64,000 nucleotides of DNA from Mobula hypostoma. Taxonomy: Eukaryota. Below, one piece after another: positions 25,099 through 35,150 of this stretch. Every line of letters begins with the position of its first letter. The stretch's first letter is position 1. The translations under genes were made by a program, and so were the position numbers. The notes under the pieces were generated by a model that saw only the letters and a list, made by a program, of their open reading frames with translations, was not told the origin of the DNA and did no database searches. The stretch spans positions 205,842,001-205,906,000 of the forward strand of contig NC_086097.1 of the NCBI RefSeq assembly GCF_963921235.1. Direction: 5' to 3'.

Positions 25099-26509
25099 TA
25101 CCTCTTCCTAGCGATGCTGCCTGGCCTGCTGCGTTCACCAGCAACTTTGATGTGTGTTGCTTGAATTTCCAGCGTCTGCAGAATTCCTTGTGTTTAGGTC
25201 ATCTTCTACTCACTTAACTATTCAGAGTAACAGAAATTTTGACCAGGGTGCCCAGACTTTTGCATGCCACTGTATACAGGAGATTCCTGTGTTACATGAA
25301 GGCATTACCTTCCCAGAAACAGTCCAAATTCTGATTTTCTGTACTCTGAAACTGCGTCATTTGCACATGCAAGTTTCAAAAAAGTGTTATCAATTCAATT
25401 TTTGCCTAAATTTTAAAAAGGCAAATTTTTATTTCAAATCATAAATTTTTAACAGTGACCCCATAAGGATAACTTTCTGTTATCCAAACTGCGATAATGC
25501 AGGGGTCATCTGTATTTGTCAATTGCTGTCTGTTGGCAGATGGGATTACGTTCAGCACAGCAGAGTGGTTAGAATTTCCTGTAAAACAGTAACCAATATA
25601 TTACCTGCAGAACCTGCAAAACCCTACCATTCCAAATCATTGTAACTCGTGAATTAGAAGAGATGAATTCCAAATTAAAATTTCTAAAGTATTTTGAAAA
25701 TTAAATGGGTATTTCCATTGTAAACAATAGAAAAGGATCAAATACCTCAATCAATGTCTGGAACAAGGTGTTTCTTGTCCTTTTATATATTTATATACGA
25801 CCAGCTTTTGATCACATCATTAAACAAAAATAAACAAGTCATTCAGTTTACGTAAGGTAATTAAGGATGTGAAGTCTGAAAAATGAGAGCCCAGGGAATA
25901 GCTGGTGGTAGTTGATGGATGACGTTTTAACAGCACTCTGGATAAACCTGATTGTCAGCCAATAACACTGAATGATGTTTAATTGGACATACAACCTTTA
26001 TACTCTCTTTCTCCTTTCCTTTGATTTACTGGCTACAGGCTCATAAAACATTCCCCTGTGGCTCAGACACAAATGTTAGTCTCAAGTGGTGCACAAAAGA
26101 ATTCATCTCAAAGGAGAACTACATTTATATGTAATGGATTGTGTAATGAAAACAATATTTTCAAATGTCCAGATGCATTGCCAATCCCCCAGATTTCAAA
26201 TTAGTTGTTGAAAAAAAATTAGTTGTCACAGTAAATCTAAAAGTTGTAAGTTCATGGGATAAATAACTTGTGCACTGTCACACACAAACACACAAAGAAT
26301 ATCTCTCATGAAGTCACAGTCTGGCAGATTAGTTTTATTGAAGTATGTGATTTCCTAGACAAGATTTTGTTTTCCACATAAAATAACATTCTTGCACACC
26401 AATCCTAATAATTAGGGCATTGAAATGGTGAAGCTGTTTGTGTTTGTGCCTTATGTGACGCGGGCCTGTAATGTGCTGTAAATTACTATGTTCTATTTTC
26501 ATCCTGATA

Positions 26510-26660
26510 TTGAACTTGAAGGCTATCTGTGTGGAGTCTGCATGTATACTGTGCAACAGTGAGGATTTCCTCTGGCTGCTTGCATTTCCCCCAAAATCCT
26601 ATAGGTACTTTGTAGTGTAGATTATTAGTAAAAGGAATCAAAGGAGAGTTATTGGATACT
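26510..26660 (+). mobile_element. Degraded V-SINE/HE1-like fragment
   Basis: ctgtgtggagtctgcatgt...ggatttcctctggctgct resembles the V-domain; similar to 43770-43830. Confidence 0.45.
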
Positions 26661-27309
26661 TTACTTGAGGAGAGGAAATTCCAAGAGTGGGAAGACACTA
26701 CTTTATGCATGTAATAGATTTTATCTTGTCCAGTGGGATTAAAAAGGTAATACTCAAGGAATACTTCCAAACTGAAAAAAGTAACTATGCTGAAATGGTT
26801 GTGAGAACAGTCAGAGACACAATCAAACTGGAGTTTGGGAAGAGTGAAGGATAAAGGAGAGGTTCAGAAACTAGACAGAACCTCAATCTGTGGTGATGGT
26901 GGTTTGAGAGCTGGGAGATTTCAGTATGCTGAATATTGGCCAGGGCATGGGAGACAAGGGTGGTCCTACTGGGTGACCAGGCTCCTTCTGTCTTGCTATA
27001 TGCAGAAGAGAAGAAGTTAGGTTCTTAGATTTCAATTTAAGCTTTTTATTTCCCTAGTTCTCTGTAAACATGGAGCTGCTGGACAGTTTTGTATGAAGGT
27101 AATTTATCAGAAAAATAGAAGATTTGCTTCTTTAAAGTACCAGCTGATACAGTATATTGTCCAAAACACCTGCAGATCTCTATAGTTCCACGAATCATGT
27201 TAACACATGAATTTTCCAATGTCAACCATGGGCATGAAATGGTGTACAACCAATCTTTTAAAATCATTTGCATAAAATTAATTTGTACTAGAATGTAAAA
27301 GGACATTCA

Positions 27310-27444
27310 CTTGGAAACCAGTACGAGGAGTGCGGAAGCCTAGTTAATTATTAACTTGGAAACTGGTATGAGGAGTGTAGAAGCCTAGTCAATTATTAGC
27401 TTGGAAACCAGTATGAGGAGTGTAGAAGCCTAGATAATTATTAG
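27310..27444 (+). repeat. Three tandem 45-bp units
   Basis: CTTGGAAACCAGTAYGAGGAGTGYRGAAGCCTAGNNAATTATTAR-type unit starting at 27310, 27355 and 27400; partial inverted copy at ~28025-28121. Confidence 0.92.
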
Positions 27445-27512
27445 CTGACCTTGTCTGAAGTGGAGAGGCTAGTGACATAGAACTTCACTCATGTAGGTAC
27501 TGCTGTTATGAA

Positions 27513-27726
27513 CGCAAACACGAGGAAATCTGCAGATGCTGGAACTTCAAGCAACACACATAAAAATTGCTGGTGAACGCAGCAGGTCAGGCAGCATCTC
27601 TAGGAAGAGGTACAGTCGATGTTTCGGGCTGAGACGTCCTGACGAAGGGTCTCGGCCCGAAACGTCGACTGTATCTCTTCCTAGAGATGCTGCCTGACCT
27701 GCTGCGTTCACCAGCAATTTTTATGT
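27513..27726. mobile_element. Palindromic Penelope-terminus mini-insertion carrying a hammerhead core
   Basis: ~80-bp inverted arms (about 27557-27635 and 27649-27728) around a 13-nt loop; TSD GTACTGCTKTTATGAA at 27497-27512 and 27727-27742. Confidence 0.88.
27636..27669 (+). ncRNA. Minimal type I hammerhead ribozyme, intact catalytic core
   Basis: GTC-CTGACGA-A-GGG(TCTCGG)CCC-GAAA-CGTC-GAC; predicted cleavage after GUC at 27666; palindromic ACGU in place of stem III. Confidence 0.75.
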
Positions 27727-28807
27727 GTACTGCTTTTATGAAATTTTATTATTGATAACTTTCAACTATGACCCTTGTCTCCCATGCCCTGGCCAATATT
27801 CAGCATATTGAAATCTCCCAGCCCTCAAACCACCATCACCACAGATTGAGATTCTGTCTAGTTTCTGAACCTCTCCTTTATCCTTCACTTTTCCCAAACT
27901 CCAGTTTGATTGTGTCTCTGACTATCTCACAACAATTTCAGCATAGTTACATTTTTTCAGTTTGGAAGTATTCCTTGAGTTTTACCTTTTTAATCCCACT
28001 GGCCCCTCCACTTCAGACAAGGTCAGCTAATAATTATCTAGGCTTCTACACTCCTCATACTGGTTTCCAAACTAATAATTAACCAGGCTTCTACACTGAC
28101 ACTGGTTCCCAAGCTAATAATCAAAATAAAATCTATTTAATTGCCTAGAAATTCACTCGTAGTGGTGTTTATTTCAGCAGGACAGAAACATCTTCCAGAA
28201 TGTTTTACATTACTCCAGAAACCCACCCTGGCAATTCATGGTGCAAATAGCATTTGCATTTAAAAACAAGTCCCACATCAGATATGTTAATTGATATCAT
28301 CCACAATCCATGTGGAATATTGTCTAAGAAATCCGTCCATATCATGTTCTGAGTGAAGGTCACCAGTCTCCTCTAGGAAAACTACGCATTATTAACATTG
28401 AACTGGACCAGAATGGCAGCCAAGTGAGTCTCATTACAATTTTATATCCTTTAAAGACCTTGGTCTATAGTGCTGATATCTAGTTGCTTAAACCCTCAAT
28501 TGCCTTCGCTCTAATTCCACAAGTTGTTTGATTTCCCCAGAACCTACCTCTCCATCTCCCACCCCAACCAATTCAATGACCTTCTTCATCAAAGACCAGT
28601 ATTTCCCATGCCTAACTTCCGAAAGAAGTCATAATCTATAATAAACTTTCTCTCACTACTTCAAATTTGATCTCTGCCTTTCAGAAGTAATTTTCTCTTG
28701 GCCCAAACTGAGTCTCAGATGTATCCCTCTCCTGATTCCATTACTATCCTTCTGAACCCCAGTCCTCAACACTGAAGTGAGCCATGTTGCAGCAACCCCA
28801 CTCCTCA

Positions 28808-29008
28808 GCAACACACACAAAATGCTGGAGAAACTCAGATCTAGATGCATCCACTGAGAGAATAGACAGTTCAATGGTACGACTCGAGACCCTTCAAGAG
28901 GACTGAAATGTTTTCCTCTCCGTAGATGCTGCCTGATCTGATTAGTTCCTCCAGCATTTTGTGTGTGTTGCTCTAAATTCCCAGCATCTGCAGAATCTCA
29001 TGATTATG
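28808..29008. mobile_element. Palindromic Penelope-terminus mini-insertion (degraded)
   Basis: Arms gcaacacacacaaaatgctggag / ctccagcattttgtgtgtgttgc; degenerate hammerhead on minus (gagacccttcaagaggac); ~14-bp TSD with 2 mismatches (28794-28807, 29009-29022). Confidence 0.75.
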
Positions 29009-29244
29009 AACCTCCCTCCTCATCCTAGGCTCCAGTTGGGTGTCAGACTAAATTACTCACACAACAGTAGCTCAGCCTTGGTACTACTGAACTTTGTGAA
29101 GTGATCCATAATCTACATAGGCATTTATGCACCATGCAATGTCCCCTTGATGTGCATCTTAATGTATAATTTTGGACACATTGTATTTCTTTCTCATAGA
29201 GCCACTTTGTTTGAAGCCATGGAAAATCCCTAGCATCAATAGGG

Positions 29245-29403
29245 TTTTTTAAGAGACCCTTAGATAGGAACGTAGAACTTAGAAAAGTAGAGGGCCATGC
29301 GATAGGGTAATTCTAAGCAGTTTTTTGAGTAGGTTACATGGTCTGTACAGCATTGTGGGCAGAAAAGCCTGTAATTTGCAGTGGATTTCTGTGTTATATG
29401 TTC
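29245..29403 (+). mobile_element. CR1 3' tail fragment
   Basis: Matches the reverse complement of ~1695-1845; ends tatatgttc. Confidence 0.75.
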
Positions 29404-30674
29404 AATACTACAGTCAATGTAAAACTCAGAATCTTTTCCAAAGCCATTCTGATCACTCTGCCACTTGACACCTTCTTGACCAAAGCAGCTTTGGTCAGTC
29501 TTCAACCCCAGACCCAGGCCACTCCACACTTTGTAGACTTCACAGCCGCTCCACACCCGCACCTGGCTGTTGCTGAGGCAACAAACTCTCTTTTGGCTGC
29601 ACACAAAATGGTTGTGTAAAGTGGTTCCGACCAATTTCCAAATGCAAATAAACACACAAAAACAGTTCTTAGGCGAGCCTAAGGTAATTTTAATTACAGC
29701 TTTACCTGAACACTATCTGTAGCTCAATATACTGTATATAAAAAAAGTACTTGTTTCTATTTTTTGGGTTGATTCTGGGTTGTGATATAAACATGAGTGA
29801 ATGATCTGAAGGATATCATGAAGAATGTTATGAAAAACGTTTTGAATATAAATTGTAGCTGGAAAAATTGTTGGATTTACCAACATCGATTATTTATTGG
29901 GCTTGGTAATTTTTGTCTTATTCTTCCTTTTTCAGTGTATTTGACAAGTGTTCTTATCAAGCAGTCATTGGGAGTAAGGATAACTTGCTTTTGCCTTATA
30001 TCTATCGGTCCTGAGGTGGCTAATGAAGCCAATATTGGACATATGGATTCTGCCACAGATGGGCATGATACTGAGGGTTGGTGAGTAGCTTGAAAAACAA
30101 TGTATTCCCTCCATCATTTACACTGCATCTCTGTTAGCTCCCGCTACACCGTTTCAAAGTTTTGACCAGTGCTTAACAACGCAGCAGTTCTTTGATGTAT
30201 GATGCTTTCAGTTCTGATGCACATGTTAGCACAGATTTGGTGTGATATTTTTGTATCTGCCATCGTGAATACATGCTGTCCCAGACTTCTGATAATATGA
30301 AACATTCAAACCTAACATTGGCAATAAAGTCTGTGTTTATCAACTAAAGAAAATCAAGTGTATAATATTAATAACAATGCTGGATAACAAAAAACATCTA
30401 TTTCCAAACAATCAAAATTGATATTCAGAGATACTTGAATATCCAGTTTCAAGGAACTGTATGAAGCACCATATCTGAGGAATAATACAACATCTTTTCT
30501 GACCATCAACTTGGTTGAATGCCAACAAAACTCTGAATTTTCAGAACTCTGGAATAATATTACATATCTTGTCATCCAGGGACCTGGACTAATGGTGCAC
30601 AATTTCAAATCTCTCCACATTAGCTCTGGAAATGCCATTCAGTTCATTAAATAGACATGGTATAAATTGATATA

Positions 30675-30895
30675 TTGGTTTATTATTGTCACTTGTACCA
30701 AGGTAGAGTGAAAATCTTGTCTTGCATACTGTTCATTCAGATCAATTTATTACAACAGTACATTAAGTCCAGTGTTAAACAATAGCACGGTGCAGAATAA
30801 AGCGCTACCATGACAGAGGAAACGCAGTACAGGGTGACAACAATGTGCACAGTCATAACGAGGTAGATTGTGAGGTCCAGAGTCTATCTTATCGA
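30675..30895 (-). mobile_element. LINE 3' UTR fragment (Rex1-like)
   Basis: Minus-strand end gtgacaataataaaccaatat with poly(A) signal, typical of Rex1-type 3' ends; boundaries approximate. Confidence 0.45.
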
Positions 30896-31199
30896 TAGCG
30901 TTGATCTGAAAGAATATTTATGAGTAATAGTAAATAATAGTAAATAAAGAACAGTACAGCACAGTACAGGCCCTTCGGCCCACAATGTTGTGCCAACCCT
31001 TAAATCCTGCCTCCCATATAAGCCCCAACTTAAATTCATCCATATACCTGTCAAGTAGCCTCTTAAATTTCACAACATTATCTGCCCCCAACATGGATCA
31101 GCAGAAAGCCATTGATTAGACAATCAAGATTAGAATAGCTCAGACTCAGCAGAAAGCAGCTGATTGGTCACCTGACCTCGACTGCCCAAACATTTTGAA

Positions 31200-32288
31200 A
31201 TGCTCAAACAGATAAATAGAGGGATAGCTCAAGCGAAGCGGCCAGTGGAAAGCGGCCAGAGCGTGAGTGGGCCAGTGAAGGAGTGGAGCTTTGAGGCTTT
31301 GACGAGAAGGGGCAGAGGACGAGCTTGCTCGCAGTTAGTTTTTACAACGTCTCCTGAGACGGTGATGTGCCTCTCATGTGAGATGTGGCAGCCTTGGGGG
31401 AACCCCCCTCTCCTGCAAAGTCACATCTGCCAGAAGTGCATATGGCTGGGTGATCTGGAAGACCGTGTAAGGAATCTGGAGCAGCAGCTGGATGACCTTC
31501 GACTCATAAGGGAGAATGAGGCAGTCATAGATGAGAGCTACAGGGAGGTAGTCACACCTAGGCTGTCGGAAGCAGGTCGTTGGGTGACAGTCAGAGGGGG
31601 GAAAGCGAAGGTGAGCAGACAGGTAGTGCAGAGCACCCCTGTAGCCATTCCCCCGAATAATAAGTTTACCGTCCTGGATACTGTTGGCAGGGACGACCGA
31701 CCAGCTGTGAGCCACGGTGGCAGGGCCTCCGGCACTGAGTCTGACCCTGTGATGCAGAAGGGTGAGACGGAGAAGAGGAGAGCTGTCGTCATTGAAGACT
31801 CTATAGTCAGGGGAGCAGACAGGAAATTTTGCGGACGTGAGAAGGACACCCACATGGTTTGTTGCCTCCCGGGTGCCGGGGTCCGGGATGTCTCTGACCG
31901 GGTGCACGACATCCTGGTACGAGAGGGAAAGCAACCAGAAGTCGTGATACATGTTGGGACCAATGACATAGGCAGGAAGAGGGATGAGGTCCTGAAGTGT
32001 GAGTTTCGGGAACTAGGCAGAAGGCTGAAGAACAGGACCTCAAGGGTGGCGTTATCAGGATTGCTGCCAGTGCTACGTGACAGTGATGGTAAGAATTGGA
32101 GGAGATGGCAGTTGAATGCGTGGCTGAGGAGTTGGTGCAGGGAACAGGGTTTTAGATTTTTAGATCACTGGGATCTCTTCTGGGGAAGGTGGGACCTGTA
32201 CAGATTGGATGGGTTGCACCTGAACTCGAGGGGGAGAAATATCCTTGCAGGTAGGTTTGCTAGCATGGTTTGGGAGGGTTTAAAATAA
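31200..32288 (+). CDS. CR1 ORF1p: zinc finger, coiled coil, SGNH/GDSL esterase-like domain
   Basis: Open 362-aa frame (true start probably internal); CLSC...CQKC; LEDRVRNLEQQLDDLR; EDS (from GDS), GTND and DGLH blocks. Confidence 0.88.
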   Translation: MLKQINRGIAQAKRPVESGQSVSGPVKEWSFEALTRRGRGRACSQLVFTTSPETVMCLSCEMWQPWGNPPLLQSHICQKCIWLGDLEDRVRNLEQQLDDLRLIRENEAVIDESYREVVTPRLSEAGRWVTVRGGKAKVSRQVVQSTPVAIPPNNKFTVLDTVGRDDRPAVSHGGRASGTESDPVMQKGETEKRRAVVIEDSIVRGADRKFCGREKDTHMVCCLPGAGVRDVSDRVHDILVREGKQPEVVIHVGTNDIGRKRDEVLKCEFRELGRRLKNRTSRVALSGLLPVLRDSDGKNWRRWQLNAWLRSWCREQGFRFLDHWDLFWGRWDLYRLDGLHLNSRGRNILAGRFASMVWEGLK

Positions 32289-35150
32289 TTTGCGAGGGGG
32301 ATGGGACCCAGAGAGATAGAGCAGTGAAAGAAGTGCATGGAGTAAAGCCAGATCTAACATACAGAGAGGCTTTGAGGAAAGAGAAGCAGAATAAACAGTG
32401 TAAAGACAGTCAGGTAGAAGGGCTGAAATGTGTGTACCTCAATGCAAGAAGCATCAGGAACAAAGGTGATGAACTGAGAGCTTGGATACATACATGGAAT
32501 TATGATGTAGTGGCCATTACAGAGACTTGGCTGGCACCAGGGCAGGAATGGATTCTCAATATTCCTCGATTTCAGTGCTTTAAAAGGGATAGAGAGGGCG
32601 GAAAAAGGGGAGGAGTGGTGGCATTACTGGTCAGGGATACTATTACAGCTACAAAAGGGGTGGGTAATAAAGCAGGATCCTCTTTTGAGTCAATAAGGGT
32701 GGAAGTCAAGAACAGGAAGGGAGCAGTTACTCTACTGGGGGCATTCCATAGGCCCCCTGGTAGCAGCAGAGAAACAGAGGAGCAGATTGGGAGGCAGATT
32801 TTGGAAAGGTGCAAAAATAACAGGGTTGTTATCATGGGTGACTTTAACTTCCCTAATATTGATTGGCACCTGATTAGTTCCAAGGGTTTAGATGGGACAG
32901 AGTTTGTTAAGTGTGTCCAGGACGGATTCCTGTCACAGTATGTGGACAGGCCGACCGGGGAGAATGCCATACTAGATCTAGTACTAGGTAATGAACCGGG
33001 TCAGGTCACAGATCTCTCAGTGGGTGAGCATCTGGGGGACAGTGACCACCGCTCCCTGGCCTTTAGCATTATCATGGAAAATTATAGAATCAGAGACGAC
33101 AGGAAAATTCTTAATTGGGGAAAGGCAAATTATGAGGCTATATGGCTAGAACTTGCGGGTGTGAATTGGGATGATGTTTTTGCAGGGAAATGTAATCTGT
33201 GGTCGATGTTTAGAGATCTCTTGCGGGATGTAAGGGATAAATTTATCCAGGTGATGAAGGTAAAGAATGGTAGGGTGAAGGAACCATGGGTGACAAGTGA
33301 GGTGGAGAATCTAGTCAGGTGGAAGAAGGCAGCATACATGAGGTTTAGGAAGCAAGGATCAGATGGGTCTATTGAGGAAAATAGGGAAGCAAGAAAGGAG
33401 CTTAAGAAGGGGCTGAGGAGAGCAAGAAGGGGACATGAGAAGGCCTTGGTGAGTAGGGTAAAGGAAAACCCCAAGGCATTCTTCAATTATGTGAAGAAAA
33501 AGGATGACAGGAGTGAAGGTAGGACCGATTAGAGATAAAGGTGGGAAGATGTGCCTGGAGGCTGTGGAAGTGAGCGAGGTCCTCAATGAATACTTCTCTA
33601 CGATATTCACCAATGAGAGGGAACGATGGTGGTGAGGACAATATGAGTGAGGTTGATGTTCTGGAGCATGTTGATATTAAGGGAGAGGAGGTGTTGGAGT
33701 TGTTAAAATACATTAGGACATATAAGTTCCCGGGGCCTGATGGAATATTCCCAAGGCTGCTCCACGAGGCGAGAGAAGAGATTGCTGAGCCTCTGGCTAG
33801 GATCTTTATGTCCTCGTTGTCCACGGGAATGGTACCGGAGGATTGGAGGGAGGCGAATGTTGTCCCCTTGTTCAAAAAAGGTAGTAGGGATAGTCCGGGT
33901 AATTATAGACCAGTGAGCCTTATGTCTGTGATGAGAAAGCTGTTGGAAAGGATTCTTAGAGATAGGATCTGTAGGCATTTAGAGAATCATGGTCTGATCA
34001 GGGACAGTCAGCATGGCTTTGTGAAGGGCAGATCATGTCTAACAAGCCTGATAGAGTTCTTTGAGGAGGTGACCAGGCATATAGATGAGGGTAGTGCAGT
34101 GGATGTGATCTATATGGATTTTAGTAAGGCATTTGACAAGGTTCCACACGGTAGGCTTATTCAGAAAGTTAGAAGGCATGGGATCCAGGGAAGTTTGGCC
34201 AGGTGGATTCAGAATCGGCTTGCCTGCAGAAGGCAGAGGGTGGTGATGGAGGGAGAACATACAGTTTGGAGGATTGTGACTAGTGGTGTCCCACAGGGAT
34301 CTGTTCTGGGACCTCTACTTTTCGTGATTTTTATTAACAACCTGGATGTGGGGGTAGAAGGGTGGGTTGGCAAGTTTGCAGACGACACAAAGGTTGGTGG
34401 TGTTGTAGATAGTGTAGAGGATTGTCAAAGATTGCAGAGAGACATTAATAGGATGCAGAAGTGGGCTGACATGTGGCAGATGGAGTTCAATCGGAGAAGT
34501 GTGAGGTGGTACACTTTGGAAGGACAAACTCCAAGGCAGAGTACAAAGTAAATGGCAGGATACTTGGTAGTGTGGAGGAGCGGAGGGATCTGGGGGTACA
34601 TGTCCACAGATCCCTAAAAGTTGCCTCACAGGTGGATAGGATAGTTAAGAAATCTTATGGGGTGTTAGCTTTCATAAGTCAAGGGATAGAGTTTAAGAGT
34701 CGCGATGTAATGATGCAGCTCTATAAAACTCTGGTTAGGCCACGCTTGGAGTACTGTGTCCAGTTCTGGTCATCTCACTATAGGAAGGATGTGGAAGCAT
34801 TGGAAAGGGTAGAGAGGAGATTTACCAGGATGCTGCCTGGTTTAGAAAGTATGCATTATTATCAGAGATTAAGGGAGCTAGGGCTTTACTCTTTGGAGAG
34901 AAGGAGGATGAGAGGAGACATGATAGAGGTGTACAAGATAATAAGAGGAATATATGGAGTGGATAGCCAGCACCTCTTCCCCAGGGCACCACTGCTCAAT
35001 ACAAGAGGACATGGCTTTAATGTAAGGGGTGGGAAGTTCAAGGGGGATATTAGAGGAAGGTTTTTTACTCAGAATGCACTGCCTGAGTCAGTGGTGGCGG
35101 TAGATACACTAGCGAAATTTAAGAGACTACTAGACAGGTATATGGAGTAA
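32270..35150 (+). pseudogene. CR1 ORF2p (endonuclease and RT), frameshifted
   Basis: [50 protein letters not shown]; split across ORFs 32270-33532, 33586-34551 and 34473-35150. Confidence 0.93.

Larger units (their letters stand above)
23036..25195 (+). mobile_element. Penelope-like element (Neptune type), 5'-truncated, inserted in a Tc1 TIR
   Basis: 11-bp TSD AGGTCATCTTC (23025-23035, 25196-25206); RT motifs GVAMGTRMGPSYACLF and RYIDD; Cys linker; GIY-YIG-like VIYCVRYSRCGLLCTGET; pyrimidine-rich terminal repeat region. Confidence 0.93.
13565..25272 (-). mobile_element. Tc1/mariner DNA transposon (IR/DR type) interrupted by nested insertions
   Basis: TA at 13563-4 and 25273-4; termini CAGTGGCATGC...GCATGCCACTG; ~210 bp TIRs each with outer and inner AAGTTTGGGCA(G)CCC-type repeats; pieces 13565-13996, 18791-18938, 22059-23035 and 25207-25272 sum to 1623 bp. 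Confidence 0.95.
26730..28002. repeat. ~232-bp inverted repeat pair (26730-26961 and 27771-28002)
   Basis: Reverse-complement match with only scattered mismatches. Confidence 0.92.

Noticed and set aside
25605..25613. 9-nt minus-strand micro-exon (ttttgcag GTTCTGCAG gtaata)
   Set aside because: Weak pyrimidine tract and no host gene to place it in; cannot be supported from sequence alone
27310..27444. 45-bp repeats as a CRISPR array
   Set aside because: Units abut with no unique spacers, there are no cas genes, and the context is eukaryotic; it is a minisatellite
29260..29655. Overlapping ORFs on both strands as a host exon
   Set aside because: They run into a CR1 tail, lack convincing splice sites and give no recognisable protein
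30354..30638. 94-aa minus-strand ORF
   Set aside because: No recognisable domain or splice support; length expected by chance
31200..32288. Host or bacterial GDSL lipase gene
   Set aside because: Sits directly upstream of CR1 ORF2 with a zinc finger and coiled coil; it is the element's ORF1
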